Origin: Dehalococcoidia bacterium
GTDB lineage: Bacteria; Chloroflexota; Dehalococcoidia; Bin125
DNA: 64,000 bases
Assembly: GCA_963663235.2 (NCBI GenBank)
Contig: CAXXNO010000004.1
Location: 640,001 to 704,000 of the forward strand
Direction of reading: 5' to 3'
The translations under genes were made by a program, and so were the position numbers. Below are positions 31,351 to 40,563 of this stretch, piece by piece (the stretch's first letter is position 1; every line of letters starts with the position of its first letter). A model generated the notes under the pieces. That model was given only the letters and a program-made list of their open reading frames with translations, did not search any database and was not told where the DNA came from.

Positions 31351-32454
31351 CTAGGGCCCCGACGCCGGTCGCGTGTAGAACGGCCGTGGCACCACCTGCA
31401 TCGGCAGCGACCGCCCCCGCACGTCGACTGTGAGCGGCGTGCCGGCCTTCGCCAGAGTCGCGGGCAGATAGGCCATGCCGATGCCCGTCCGTAGCGTGGG
31501 GCTGTGCGCGCCGCTGGTCAAGGTCGCCACGGGCTCGCCGTCCGCGTCGGCGGGATCGTGGACGGCATAGCCGGTGCGCGGCACGCCCCGCTCCAGCGCC
31601 CGCAGGTGGCTCAGCTTCCGTGTCCGCGGCGCGCCCTTCAATCGCGCCAGGGCGTCGCGCCCGCTGAACGGTTCCCCGTCCTGGAGCGATACGGCCCAGC
31701 CCAGGCCCGCTTCGTATGGGGTCGTCGTCTCGTCGATGTCGTGGCCGTGCAGCGGCAGCGCCGCCTCCAGGCGGAGCGTGTCCCGCGCCCCCAGCCCTGT
31801 CGCCCGAACCCCCGCGTCCAGCAGCGCTTCCCAGAGCGCCCTGGCGGTCGCGGGGTCGCTGATGCACTCCCCCCCGTCTTCCCCCGTGTAGCCCGTGCGG
31901 GCGAAGAGGACGCGACCGCTTTGCCAAGGAACCTCCAGACACCGGTGCAGCGCCACGTCGCCCAGAGCCGGGCCCAGGACCTGCCTGAGCGCGTCCATGG
32001 CTCGCGGCCCTTGCACGGCCAGCATGACGGTCGTGCGGGTCGCCTCCGTCGCCGCGCTCCCCGCCACGGCCCGCACGCGGGCGTAGTCGGCGGCGGCGTT
32101 GGCCGCGTTGTGCACGATCAACCAGCGCTCGCCGTCGACGTGGTAGATGAACACGTCGTCCGCGATACCGCCTGCCTCGGTGCAATACAGCGAGTAGTGG
32201 GCGCTGCCCGCTTCCAGGCTGAGCACGTTGTAGGTCGTGATGGACCGGATCTGCCGCCCGGCCTCCGGCCCCGTGACCCACACCCGCCCCAGGTGCGATA
32301 CGTCGAAGACCCCGGCCTGAGTCCGCACCGCTTCGTGCTCTTCGATAATCCCCCGGTACTGGATCGGCATCGCCCAGCCGGCGAAGGGCGCGAACCGCGC
32401 CCCGAGTCTCGCGTGCTGATCTCGCAGCGCCAGCGGCCGCAGCACGCTGGTCAC
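31351..32454 (-). CDS. gcvT: Glycine cleavage system aminomethyltransferase T
   Basis: FAGWAMPIQY, FDVSHLG, RTGYTGEDG and GLGARDTLRLEA motifs. Confidence 0.96.
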   Translation of the reverse strand: MTSVLRPLALRDQHARLGARFAPFAGWAMPIQYRGIIEEHEAVRTQAGVFDVSHLGRVWVTGPEAGRQIRSITTYNVLSLEAGSAHYSLYCTEAGGIADDVFIYHVDGERWLIVHNAANAAADYARVRAVAGSAATEATRTTVMLAVQGPRAMDALRQVLGPALGDVALHRCLEVPWQSGRVLFARTGYTGEDGGECISDPATARALWEALLDAGVRATGLGARDTLRLEAALPLHGHDIDETTTPYEAGLGWAVSLQDGEPFSGRDALARLKGAPRTRKLSHLRALERGVPRTGYAVHDPADADGEPVATLTSGAHSPTLRTGIGMAYLPATLAKAGTPLTVDVRGRSLPMQVVPRPFYTRPASGP

Positions 32455-32464
32455 GGCCTGGAGG

Positions 32465-33115
32465 TCATGGGCGCGCGGCGGTCGTTTGCGCCTGGCGGAC
32501 CAGGTAGCTGCTGTGCGCTTCCAGCAGCACCCGCTCGAATTCCAGGTGCTCCGTTCGCACCAGCTTGTTCAGGTCGCGCCCGGTGATGTACCGCCGCGAC
32601 CATTTCGCGTCCTCCGGCACCGGCGCCAGCTTCGACGTCGTGGCGCACAGGAACAGGTGGAAGCGCTCGCTCCCCGGTTCGGCCTTTTCCGCTTGCGTCG
32701 TCGCGGTCAGGTGCTGCCTCCCGAACTGATACCAGTCCTTGACCACAATGCCCCAGCGCTCGCGGGCGAGCCGCTTCAGCCACCTCTCCACTTGTTTCTC
32801 GGCGCTCTTGGCGCGCCCCTTGGTCTGTTCCTCGAACGCCTCCGGTGTCTCCGCCCGCTCCACGATGGGGATCCGCCACGGCGCCCACTCGTCCCCCTCC
32901 CGCACCACCACCGGCTTGTCCCGATGCCACGTCAGCACGTGCACGCTGTCCACGAGCTCCAGCGCCGGGACGTCTGCGCTCTCCTCGAAGCGGGAGATGT
33001 ACTCCGAGCCGATCCGCTTCTCCTTCTGGTAATGCATCGACTGCATCTCCAGCTGGTAGCGCTCGACCTCGGCCTTCTGCTCCATCCAGTTCTTGAGCTG
33101 CTCGGGCTGAACCAT
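32465..33115 (-). CDS. Hypothetical protein (possibly degenerate NUDIX-like fold)
   Basis: Typical codon usage, GGAGGGA RBS, 10 bp upstream of gcvT. Confidence 0.7.
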   Translation of the reverse strand: MVQPEQLKNWMEQKAEVERYQLEMQSMHYQKEKRIGSEYISRFEESADVPALELVDSVHVLTWHRDKPVVVREGDEWAPWRIPIVERAETPEAFEEQTKGRAKSAEKQVERWLKRLARERWGIVVKDWYQFGRQHLTATTQAEKAEPGSERFHLFLCATTSKLAPVPEDAKWSRRYITGRDLNKLVRTEHLEFERVLLEAHSSYLVRQAQTTAARP

Positions 33116-33167
33116 GATGCTTGTCCCTCCGCCGCCGCGGCCCGAGCGCCGCTCCTAGACCTGCCTC

Positions 33168-34034
33168 CTAGAAAACATGAGACGCCTCCGCCACGGCTTT
33201 GACCTTCCCCTCGGTCGCCCTCAGCCGCGCGACCCCCGGGTACGCGTGGTGCGCGTAGATCAGCAACTGCCGCTGCGCCACCGCCTCCGCCACGATCCGC
33301 CGCTTCGTCTCCATGCTGACCAATGGCAGGTCGTCGAACGCGCACAGCCAGGCGACGCGTTCCAGTTGCACGAACTGATGCGCCACGTCCCCCAGGTAGA
33401 CGGCCGTCTCGCCCCCTCGGCTGATCACCACCGACGCGTGGTCCGCCGTGTGCCCCGGCGACTCGATCACGCGCACGTCCGGCGTGATCTGCGTCTCCCC
33501 GTCCAGGAACTCCACCAACCCCGCTTCTTCCAGCGGCAGCAGGTTCTCCGACAGGTACGCGCCTTTGGTCCGCTCGTTTGGGTGCGTCGCTGCCTCCCAG
33601 GCCGCGCGCTGGATGTAATAGCGTGCGTTCGCAAACGTCGGCGTCAGGGCCTCACCCTCTCGACGCGTGTTCCAGCCGCAGTGGTCGTTGTGCAGGTGGG
33701 TGTTGATGACGATGTCGACGTCGCCGGGCTGCACCCCGTTGGCGGCCAGCTCGTCCAGCAACCGGCCGTGCTCCACCGGCGCGCCCCGCTTGCGCAGCAC
33801 GTCGATGGTCTTGTCGCCCAGCCCCGTCTCGATCAGCACGGTCTTCCCGTCTGATTCCAGCAGCAGGCAGTTGAGCCCCAGAGGGATCTCGTTACGCTCG
33901 TTGATCTCCGGCGCAACGCGGGACCACAGCATCTTGGGCACGGGACCGAAGACGGCGCCGCCGTCCAGCCACATCACCCCGTCGGACAGCACCGTCAGCG
34001 TCAGCCCGCCGACTCGGTACTTGGGACTCGACAC
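33168..34034 (-). CDS. MBL-fold metallo-hydrolase (YtnP-like)
   Basis: LDGGAVFG.VPK.LW, THLHNDHCG and PGHTADH motifs. Confidence 0.92.
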   Translation of the reverse strand: MSSPKYRVGGLTLTVLSDGVMWLDGGAVFGPVPKMLWSRVAPEINERNEIPLGLNCLLLESDGKTVLIETGLGDKTIDVLRKRGAPVEHGRLLDELAANGVQPGDVDIVINTHLHNDHCGWNTRREGEALTPTFANARYYIQRAAWEAATHPNERTKGAYLSENLLPLEEAGLVEFLDGETQITPDVRVIESPGHTADHASVVISRGGETAVYLGDVAHQFVQLERVAWLCAFDDLPLVSMETKRRIVAEAVAQRQLLIYAHHAYPGVARLRATEGKVKAVAEASHVF

Positions 34035-34101
34035 GGGCGCTCCCTTTTCGGAGGGCAGCGTAGCACGGGGGCATCTGCGCTCTGCGTTCCTCCGCGTCCC
34101 T

Positions 34102-34866
34102 CTAGTAGGCGAGACGGAGGAGCCGCGTCAGGGCGGCGGTGGCGGCGATAGGGGGCGCCACCTTCCACATGTCCCACCAGGCGCTACGTCCTCCGCGATC
34201 GAACGGCGCCGCCAGGTGCCGCGACATCCGCCACATGGGTCGAACCAGGCCCCCGCTCGTCGTGCGCCGGATCGGCCGGCCGTCTGTGACGGCGGCCAGC
34301 GCCTCGGCCATCGCCTTCGTGTCGTTCGCCCATTGGGCGCGGTACAGGATGATTCCACCGCTGTCGAGCAGGTAGGCCGAGTTCGGCTTGGGGCTGAGCG
34401 CCCGGTGCAGCGTGCCGTCGATGTCGTCGGTCGCCATTTCAAAGTCGAAGCCGTGAAGATCACGCAGCAACGCCGTGTGCTCCCGCTTCGTGTCGAACTC
34501 CTTCGGCTGCGGCGTCTTTTCGCCCGGGTGCGCCTCCCGCACGTTCACGATGACGAACCGCACGCGATCCCCAAAGCGGCCCTGCAACTCCCGGATCCCG
34601 GCCGCCGCGCTGTCCGTCACGGGGCAGGTGTACGAGCCGAACACCAGAAGCACCGGGCCTCGCTCTGCAAGGTCGCTGGACTGGAAGCGGCCTCCATCAA
34701 GGGTGGGCAGATCGAAGTCTGGGACGCGGTCACCCGGGCCGGGGTCGTTCTTCTTGTAGTACATGTCCCCAAGCACCAGCCGCATCCCGAGGTGATCAAA
34801 GCGGTAGCGGCTGCCGGCCTCGCTAGGGGCCTCCGCTTGTGCGGTATTGCTGGCCATTTGCATCAC
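34102..34866 (-). CDS. Iodothyronine-deiodinase-like redoxin (Cys form)
   Basis: PGDRVPDFDL, VLLVFGSYTCP, NVREAHP and PNSAYLLD motifs. Confidence 0.82.
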   Translation of the reverse strand: MMQMASNTAQAEAPSEAGSRYRFDHLGMRLVLGDMYYKKNDPGPGDRVPDFDLPTLDGGRFQSSDLAERGPVLLVFGSYTCPVTDSAAAGIRELQGRFGDRVRFVIVNVREAHPGEKTPQPKEFDTKREHTALLRDLHGFDFEMATDDIDGTLHRALSPKPNSAYLLDSGGIILYRAQWANDTKAMAEALAAVTDGRPIRRTTSGGLVRPMWRMSRHLAAPFDRGGRSAWWDMWKVAPPIAATAALTRLLRLAY

Positions 34867-34873
34867 TCCCTAT

Positions 34874-35455
34874 CTAAGCGTCCCTGCGCGGGAGGGGAGG
34901 ATAGCGCAATCGCGCGTGGATATCCGCAAGCGCAAACGGAGCAGCGAATATCCTTCGGACCGTGGCTGTCGGGGCGATGATCGCCACCGGCCTCGTCATC
35001 GTCGCTATGAGCGAGTCCTCTCGATGGCGCGCCGATCCAGGCTGACTCAGCCCAAGCTGACGCAGCCCATGCTGACGCGGCGACGCGTGCTCCTCGGCTG
35101 CGGGCGCCGGCCTGGTCGTCGTCGCATCACGCGTGCGCCGGTAGTGATCCCGACTCATCCGTAGCGCCCGAACGTGCAGGCTAGACTCCAACACCTCCTC
35201 GGCTCCGATCACCAACGACAGCGCCAGAAGCCAGTCCAGCTGCCAGATCCAGGCGCCCGCGACGCCCGCCAGCGCCAGTCCGATGATGCCTCGCCGGAAC
35301 CCCTGCACGCCGTCCAGCGTCTTCGCCGGATCGGCGTATGGCGGCCGGAACCCGCGCCACAACCGACGGCCTCCCTGCAGCGGTGGCAGCAGCCCGGCCA
35401 CCGCGAGCGTGGTGGCCGGGTACGTCCGCCACGACAGATCGATGAGCGCCTCCAC
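34874..35455 (-). CDS. Membrane hypothetical protein
   Basis: Hydrophobic helices; lies within an operon (gaps of 21 and 7 bp). Confidence 0.65.
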   Translation of the reverse strand: MEALIDLSWRTYPATTLAVAGLLPPLQGGRRLWRGFRPPYADPAKTLDGVQGFRRGIIGLALAGVAGAWIWQLDWLLALSLVIGAEEVLESSLHVRALRMSRDHYRRTRDATTTRPAPAAEEHASPRQHGLRQLGLSQPGSARHREDSLIATMTRPVAIIAPTATVRRIFAAPFALADIHARLRYPPLPRRDA

Positions 35456-35476
35456 GCTGCGCCCCGCTCTCCGCTA

Positions 35477-37930
35477 CTACGCGGCCGTCTCCTTGGGACG
35501 CTCGAATGCGGCTGGCTCGCCCGCCGCGGACCCGGCGCCCTCCGCCATCTGTCGCATCATCTCCCACGCGCCCACCGCCCCGAACATCTTCGACGCGAAC
35601 GCCGGCGAAAGCGTCAGCAGCTTCGCCCCCGGCGGTCCCACCAGCACCTCGGCCTTGTCCCGCTTGATCGCCCGCACCACGCCCTTCGCCACGGCCTCGG
35701 GGGTGACCGGCGGGAACATGCGCGGGGGCCGCACGCCGGACCGGTCCATCGCGTCCTGAAAGATCCCCGCCCCATCGACGCCGGCCGGGCTCACGACGGA
35801 AACGCTCACGCCCGTGCCGCGGAGCTCATAGCGCAGCGACCGGCTGAACGCGATCAGGCCGGCCTTCGCCGCCGCGTAAGACACGGCGTACTTCGCGTCG
35901 ACCTTTGCCAGCATCGTCGAGACGTTGACCACGTGCCCGGCGCAGCGCTTGAGCATCTGCGGGAGCGCTTCGTGCGTGAGCAGCATCGGCGCGGTGAGGT
36001 CGATCGTGATCTCGTTCGCGACCTCACCCCGCTCCTGCTCGCTGAACGCCCCCATGTGCCCCACGCCGGCATTGTTGACCAGCACCTCGATGCCGCCGAA
36101 TATGCCGCCGAACTCGCGCTCCGCGGCTTGCAGCAGCGCCCCCCGCGCGGCGGCGTCCGTGACGTCCGTCGGCACGACCAGCGTACGCACGCCGTACTCC
36201 GCCTCGATCTCCGCGGCCGTCCGTTCCAGCCCCTCCCGCGATCGCGCCGCGAGCACCAGGTTCATCTCCTCCTTCGCCAGCGCCCGCGCGATGTGCGGTC
36301 CGATCCCCCGCGACGCTCCGGTCACCACTGCTGTTCGATTCTTCAGGTTCTTCACCGCGTCCTTTGGCTCGTGCTCGGCCTGGTTCGTCCGCATCCGCCG
36401 CGGCAGCAACAGCGCCGCCACGACCGCTGTGGCCATTAAGCCCACGCTGACCCACAGCCCGATCGCGAAGGCGTCCACGAAGGCGGTGTTCGCGGCGGCC
36501 ATCACAATCGCACCGACGTCGGGCGGGAGCGACTGTGCCGCCACCGCCGCCACGCCGATCCCTTCTCCGGCCGTTTCCACCAGTCCCTCGTCGACGAGGC
36601 CGCTGAGGTTGTCTTCGACGTTACTGGTGTACAGGCTGCCCACGATGCTCCCGGTGATGGCGATGCCCAGTGTTGCTCCCAGCTCCCGGCTCACGTCGTT
36701 CACCGCCGAGCCGATGCCCGCATCGTCGACCGGCACCGCCGCCATCACCGTGTCCGTCAGCGGCGCCTCCGCCAGGCCGCCGCCGAAGCCGAACATCATC
36801 AGGCCGATGGCTACGGTGCTGTAGTTGGTGTCGACGTCGAGCTGCGTCAGCCAGGCCAGCCCCAAGGCCATCGCGCCCGTGGCGGCCAGCAGGAGGACCC
36901 GCGGGCCCACGCGCTTGTTCAGCACCCCGGAGATGGGCGCGCCGACCATCATCATGCCCGCCATAGGGAGCAGGTAGGCGCCCGCCGTCAGCGCGCTCTT
37001 CCCCTGCACGATCTGGAAGTACTGGGTGAGGAAGAAGAACGTCACCATCAGCGAGAAGAACACCAGCCCGATGATCAGCACCGCGCCGCTGAAGTCCCGC
37101 TGCCGGAAGAACCGCAGCGGCAGCATCGGCGCGGGTGTCCGCAGCTCCACCGCCACGAACGCCGCCAGCAGCACGATGCCGATGCCGAAGGCCGCCACGA
37201 TCCCGGGCGAGGTCCAGCCGGCCTCGTTCCCCTGGATCAGGCCGTAGACCAAGGCCAGCAGCCCGCCGGTCGCCAGCAGGGCGCCCCGCAGGTCCAGCCC
37301 CAGGAAGCGGCTATCGCGGGATTCCGGCACCACCCGCAGGCCCAGCAGCACCAGCGCCACGATCGGCAGGTGCAGCCAGAACACCGCATTCCAGTTGATC
37401 TCGTCCACCAGCAAGCCGCCGAAGACCGGCCCGATCGCCAACCCCAGCGCCCCCACCCCGGCCCAGATCCCGATCGCCATGGAGCGCTCCTCGCGCGGGA
37501 AGACGTTCGTGATGATCGAGAGCGTCGCCGGCAGCACCAACGCCGCCCCCGCGCCCTGGATGCCGCGCATGAGGATCAGCGTCTCGGCGCTGGTCGCCAG
37601 CGCCGCCCCGGCGGCCCCGGCCCCGAAGATGACCATCCCCAGCGTGAAGAACCGCCGCCGCCCGAAGCGGTCGCCCATCGTGCCGCCCAGGAGCAGCAGC
37701 CCGGCCAGGATCAGGGTGTAGCCGTCCACCACCCACTGCAGCGTCGACATCGAGGCGTTCAGGTCCCGCGCGATCGACGGCAGCGCCGTGTTGACCACCG
37801 TGTTGTCCAAGAAGATCATCAAGGTCGCCAGCGACATCACCGCCAGCACCAACCAGCGGCGCGCGGACGGGCCGGCGATTGTCGGGGGGGGCATTCTTGG
37901 GTCAGGGAGTCGGAGCGCTTCGGTGCTCAT
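35477..37930 (-). CDS. DHA2-family MFS efflux transporter fused to a C-terminal SDR oxidoreductase
   Basis: LDNTVVNTALP and GDRFGRRR in a 14-TM MFS, then TGASRGIG, NNAG and YAAAK in a single 817-aa frame. Confidence 0.9.
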   Translation of the reverse strand: MSTEALRLPDPRMPPPTIAGPSARRWLVLAVMSLATLMIFLDNTVVNTALPSIARDLNASMSTLQWVVDGYTLILAGLLLLGGTMGDRFGRRRFFTLGMVIFGAGAAGAALATSAETLILMRGIQGAGAALVLPATLSIITNVFPREERSMAIGIWAGVGALGLAIGPVFGGLLVDEINWNAVFWLHLPIVALVLLGLRVVPESRDSRFLGLDLRGALLATGGLLALVYGLIQGNEAGWTSPGIVAAFGIGIVLLAAFVAVELRTPAPMLPLRFFRQRDFSGAVLIIGLVFFSLMVTFFFLTQYFQIVQGKSALTAGAYLLPMAGMMMVGAPISGVLNKRVGPRVLLLAATGAMALGLAWLTQLDVDTNYSTVAIGLMMFGFGGGLAEAPLTDTVMAAVPVDDAGIGSAVNDVSRELGATLGIAITGSIVGSLYTSNVEDNLSGLVDEGLVETAGEGIGVAAVAAQSLPPDVGAIVMAAANTAFVDAFAIGLWVSVGLMATAVVAALLLPRRMRTNQAEHEPKDAVKNLKNRTAVVTGASRGIGPHIARALAKEEMNLVLAARSREGLERTAAEIEAEYGVRTLVVPTDVTDAAARGALLQAAEREFGGIFGGIEVLVNNAGVGHMGAFSEQERGEVANEITIDLTAPMLLTHEALPQMLKRCAGHVVNVSTMLAKVDAKYAVSYAAAKAGLIAFSRSLRYELRGTGVSVSVVSPAGVDGAGIFQDAMDRSGVRPPRMFPPVTPEAVAKGVVRAIKRDKAEVLVGPPGAKLLTLSPAFASKMFGAVGAWEMMRQMAEGAGSAAGEPAAFERPKETAA

Positions 37931-37969
37931 CTCTGTGGCTCTCCTCTCGGCGTGCCTGGTTCGATTGCG

Positions 37970-38094
37970 TACCGTACGTTCGTCTTGTATGGTCGTATGG
38001 ATACCGTACGGTCGTTAGGTAAGTCAACCCATGTGGGGACATAACAACTAGGGAGGTACTTGGCCCGAGTGTTCCCTGCGTAACGGACGTTCGG
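37970..38094. promoter_or_regulatory. Divergent promoter region with repeated TetR-type operators
   Basis: TACCGTACGTTCGT (37970), TACCGTACGGTCGT (38002) and TAACGGACGTTCGG (38081); minus-strand TTGACT at 38022-38027. Confidence 0.7.
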
Positions 38095-38143
38095 TCCGGA
38101 TATCATGCGAGCGCGAGGCCGCCGCCTGCGAGAGGACCAGACC

Positions 38144-38767
38144 ATGCCTGCGAAGCTGACGGAGACCGAAGCACGGACGAAGCGCGACGAGTTGCTGGCG
38201 TTGGTCGCCCCGCTCTTCGCGGAGAAGGGCTACGAGGGCGCCACGGTCAAGGACTTAGAGCGGGCCACCGGCCTCAGCCGCGGCGGCATCTTTTTCCATT
38301 TTCCGGGAAAGCGCGAGCTGTATCTGGCGGTTCTGAGGAAGTCGCTCCTGGAGGAGCCGCTCGCCGAAGGTATGCCCTTCGTCGGCAAGATCGCCATGAG
38401 CGCCGGCTCAGCGGAGGAGTCGTTGCTGGCCACCTACCACGGGATCCTGGAGTGGCATCGCGACCATCCGGAAGGAATGCAGTTCTTTCAGCAGCTAGCC
38501 GTCCGCTCCGGTACGGAGCCCGACATCGCCGAGCTCGACCGGCAGATCACCGAATCCGTGAACGAGTTCATCGCCGAGATCGTGCGCGCCTTGCAGAACA
38601 AGCGTGTCTTCAATCCCGAGGTGAATCCGCAAGCGGCCGCCGCCATGTTCCAGGGGGTGATGGACCATCTGGTCGCGCGGGCGCATTCCCTGCCCCCCGA
38701 CCAAGCGGAGTCCATCGCGCGCGCCACCTTCAAGGTGATGGCGGAGGGACTCAAGCCCCGCGCCTAA
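38144..38767 (+). CDS. TetR/AcrR family transcriptional regulator
   Basis: LFAEKGYEGATVKDL..ATGLSRGGIFFHFPGKRELY helix-turn-helix. Confidence 0.93.
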   Translation: MPAKLTETEARTKRDELLALVAPLFAEKGYEGATVKDLERATGLSRGGIFFHFPGKRELYLAVLRKSLLEEPLAEGMPFVGKIAMSAGSAEESLLATYHGILEWHRDHPEGMQFFQQLAVRSGTEPDIAELDRQITESVNEFIAEIVRALQNKRVFNPEVNPQAAAAMFQGVMDHLVARAHSLPPDQAESIARATFKVMAEGLKPRA

Positions 38768-38862
38768 TCGGTCGACTGGCGCCCACGCCCGACCGCGTCG
38801 CTCGGCCTCTTCTGCTCGCCGCCCCTATAATGGCGCGACCCGCGGAAAGGAGCCCGCGCGCC

Positions 38863-39804
38863 ATGGCCGGTACCCCCTACGCGTTTTTCGAGGGCAAGTT
38901 GATGCCCCTCGCTGAGGCCAAGATCAGCGTGATGACGCACGCCTTCAATTACGGCACGGCCGTCTTCGAGGGCATCCGCGCCAACTGGAACGCCGAGGAC
39001 GAGCGGCTCTACCTCTTCCGCGTGCCGGAGCACTACGCGCGGCTCCGCCGCTCGGCGCACATCTTGATGATGGAGCTGCCCTATTCGGACGACGAACTGA
39101 CGCAGATCACCACGGAGATGGTCGCCAAGGCGGGGTTCCGGGAGGACCTCTACGTCCGGCCTATGGTGTACAAGGCCCAAGAGGTGCTCGGCGTTCGCCT
39201 CCACGACGTCGAGGACGGCGTCCTCATCTTTGTCACCCCCTTCGGCGCTTACCTCGACCTGGACAAAGGGATCCGCTGTTGCACCTCCTCTTGGCGCCGC
39301 GTCGACGACACCTCCATCCCGGTCCGCGCCAAGGTCACCGGCGTCTACGTCAACTCGGCCCTGGCCAAGACGGAAGCCTTCCGCCGCGGCTATGACGAGG
39401 CCATCCTGCTCAATCAGGACGGCCACGTTTCGGAAGGAAGCGGCGAAAACATCTTCATGATCGGCAACGGCCGGCTCTTCACCCCGCCCAGCGCCGACAA
39501 CATCCTTGTCGGCATCACCCGCGCGACGGTGATTGAGCTGGCGCAAAAGGAACTCGGCCTCGACGTCGTGGAAACGACGATCGACCGCAGCGAGCTCTAC
39601 GTGGCCGACGAAGTGTTCATGACCGGCACGGCCGCCCACGTGACCCCCGTGGTGGAGGTGGACGAGCGACGGGTCGGGAGCGGCGACATCGGCCCCGTCA
39701 CCGCGCGACTGCAACAGCTCTACTTCGACGCCGTTCTCGGTCGGCTGCCCCAGTACAGCGATTGGGCCATCCCGGTCCCCAGCGGCCAGCCGGTGAAGGC
39801 GTGA
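38863..39804 (+). CDS. ilvE: Branched-chain amino acid aminotransferase
   Basis: YGTAVFEGIR, AKVTGVY, EGSGENIF, LVGITR and FMTGTAA motifs; TATAAT at 38826. Confidence 0.95.
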   Translation: MAGTPYAFFEGKLMPLAEAKISVMTHAFNYGTAVFEGIRANWNAEDERLYLFRVPEHYARLRRSAHILMMELPYSDDELTQITTEMVAKAGFREDLYVRPMVYKAQEVLGVRLHDVEDGVLIFVTPFGAYLDLDKGIRCCTSSWRRVDDTSIPVRAKVTGVYVNSALAKTEAFRRGYDEAILLNQDGHVSEGSGENIFMIGNGRLFTPPSADNILVGITRATVIELAQKELGLDVVETTIDRSELYVADEVFMTGTAAHVTPVVEVDERRVGSGDIGPVTARLQQLYFDAVLGRLPQYSDWAIPVPSGQPVKA

Positions 39805-39939
39805 CGCCGCGAAACCCGCTCGTCCGTAGCCCTGATCCTGTCGCAGGGTCCCGGGGCGCTGGGGGCCGAACGGATCGCCGGTCACGGGAGACCGTCCGCT
39901 CACGGCCGTACTGAGCGTGCGACGCATGGGCCGGACCGC

Positions 39940-40563
39940 ATGCACGAGGCGCTGACGCTCATCCTGGCCTATGCCATCGGCTCGATCCCGAGCACGTGGC
40001 TCATCTTCTACTGGCGAACCGGCGCGGACTTGCGCCGCGTCGGCGACCGCAACGTGGGCTCCGCCAACGCGATCCGCGAGGGGGCGGGGTGGTTCTGGGG
40101 CCATCTCACGCTCCTGCTGGACACGGGCAAGGGGCTCCTCGCCGTGTCGATCGCCCGTTGGTTGGACCTCGACGTCGGCTGGTGGCTGGGGGCGGGCTTT
40201 GTTGTGATGATCGGGCACATGTATCCGCTCTGGCTCGGTTTCCGCGGCGGCCGCGGCGCCGCCACCGCCATGGGGGCGGCGGGCGCGTTCTTGCCCTGGC
40301 AGTTCGGCCTCACCTTCGCCGCCGGCATGGTGGCGTTCCTCGGGCTGCGTAACGCCCAACTCGGCTTGCTCCTCGTGTCGGCCCCCCTGCCGTTCCTCGC
40401 GATCGCCTTCGGCTTGCCCGCGGCCGCCATCGCCTTTTGCTTCGCCGCGCCGGTCCTCGCTGGCCTCAAGGCCGGCCTCGATCGCTGGCAGCGGCGCAGG
40501 GCGGGTCCGGCCCCGACGACGCCCGCCCTCCCGCCCGCTGGCCGGGCACGGTCCGACGCATGA
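39940..40563 (+). CDS. plsY: PlsY-family membrane acyltransferase (divergent)
   Basis: AYAIGSIP, GDRNVGSAN, LDTGKG and GHMYPLWLGFRGGRGAATA motifs. Confidence 0.75.
   Translation: MHEALTLILAYAIGSIPSTWLIFYWRTGADLRRVGDRNVGSANAIREGAGWFWGHLTLLLDTGKGLLAVSIARWLDLDVGWWLGAGFVVMIGHMYPLWLGFRGGRGAATAMGAAGAFLPWQFGLTFAAGMVAFLGLRNAQLGLLLVSAPLPFLAIAFGLPAAAIAFCFAAPVLAGLKAGLDRWQRRRAGPAPTTPALPPAGRARSDA

Noticed and set aside
34620-34640. Deiodinase-like protein as a second selenoprotein
   Set aside because: The active-site codon is TGC (Cys), not TGA.
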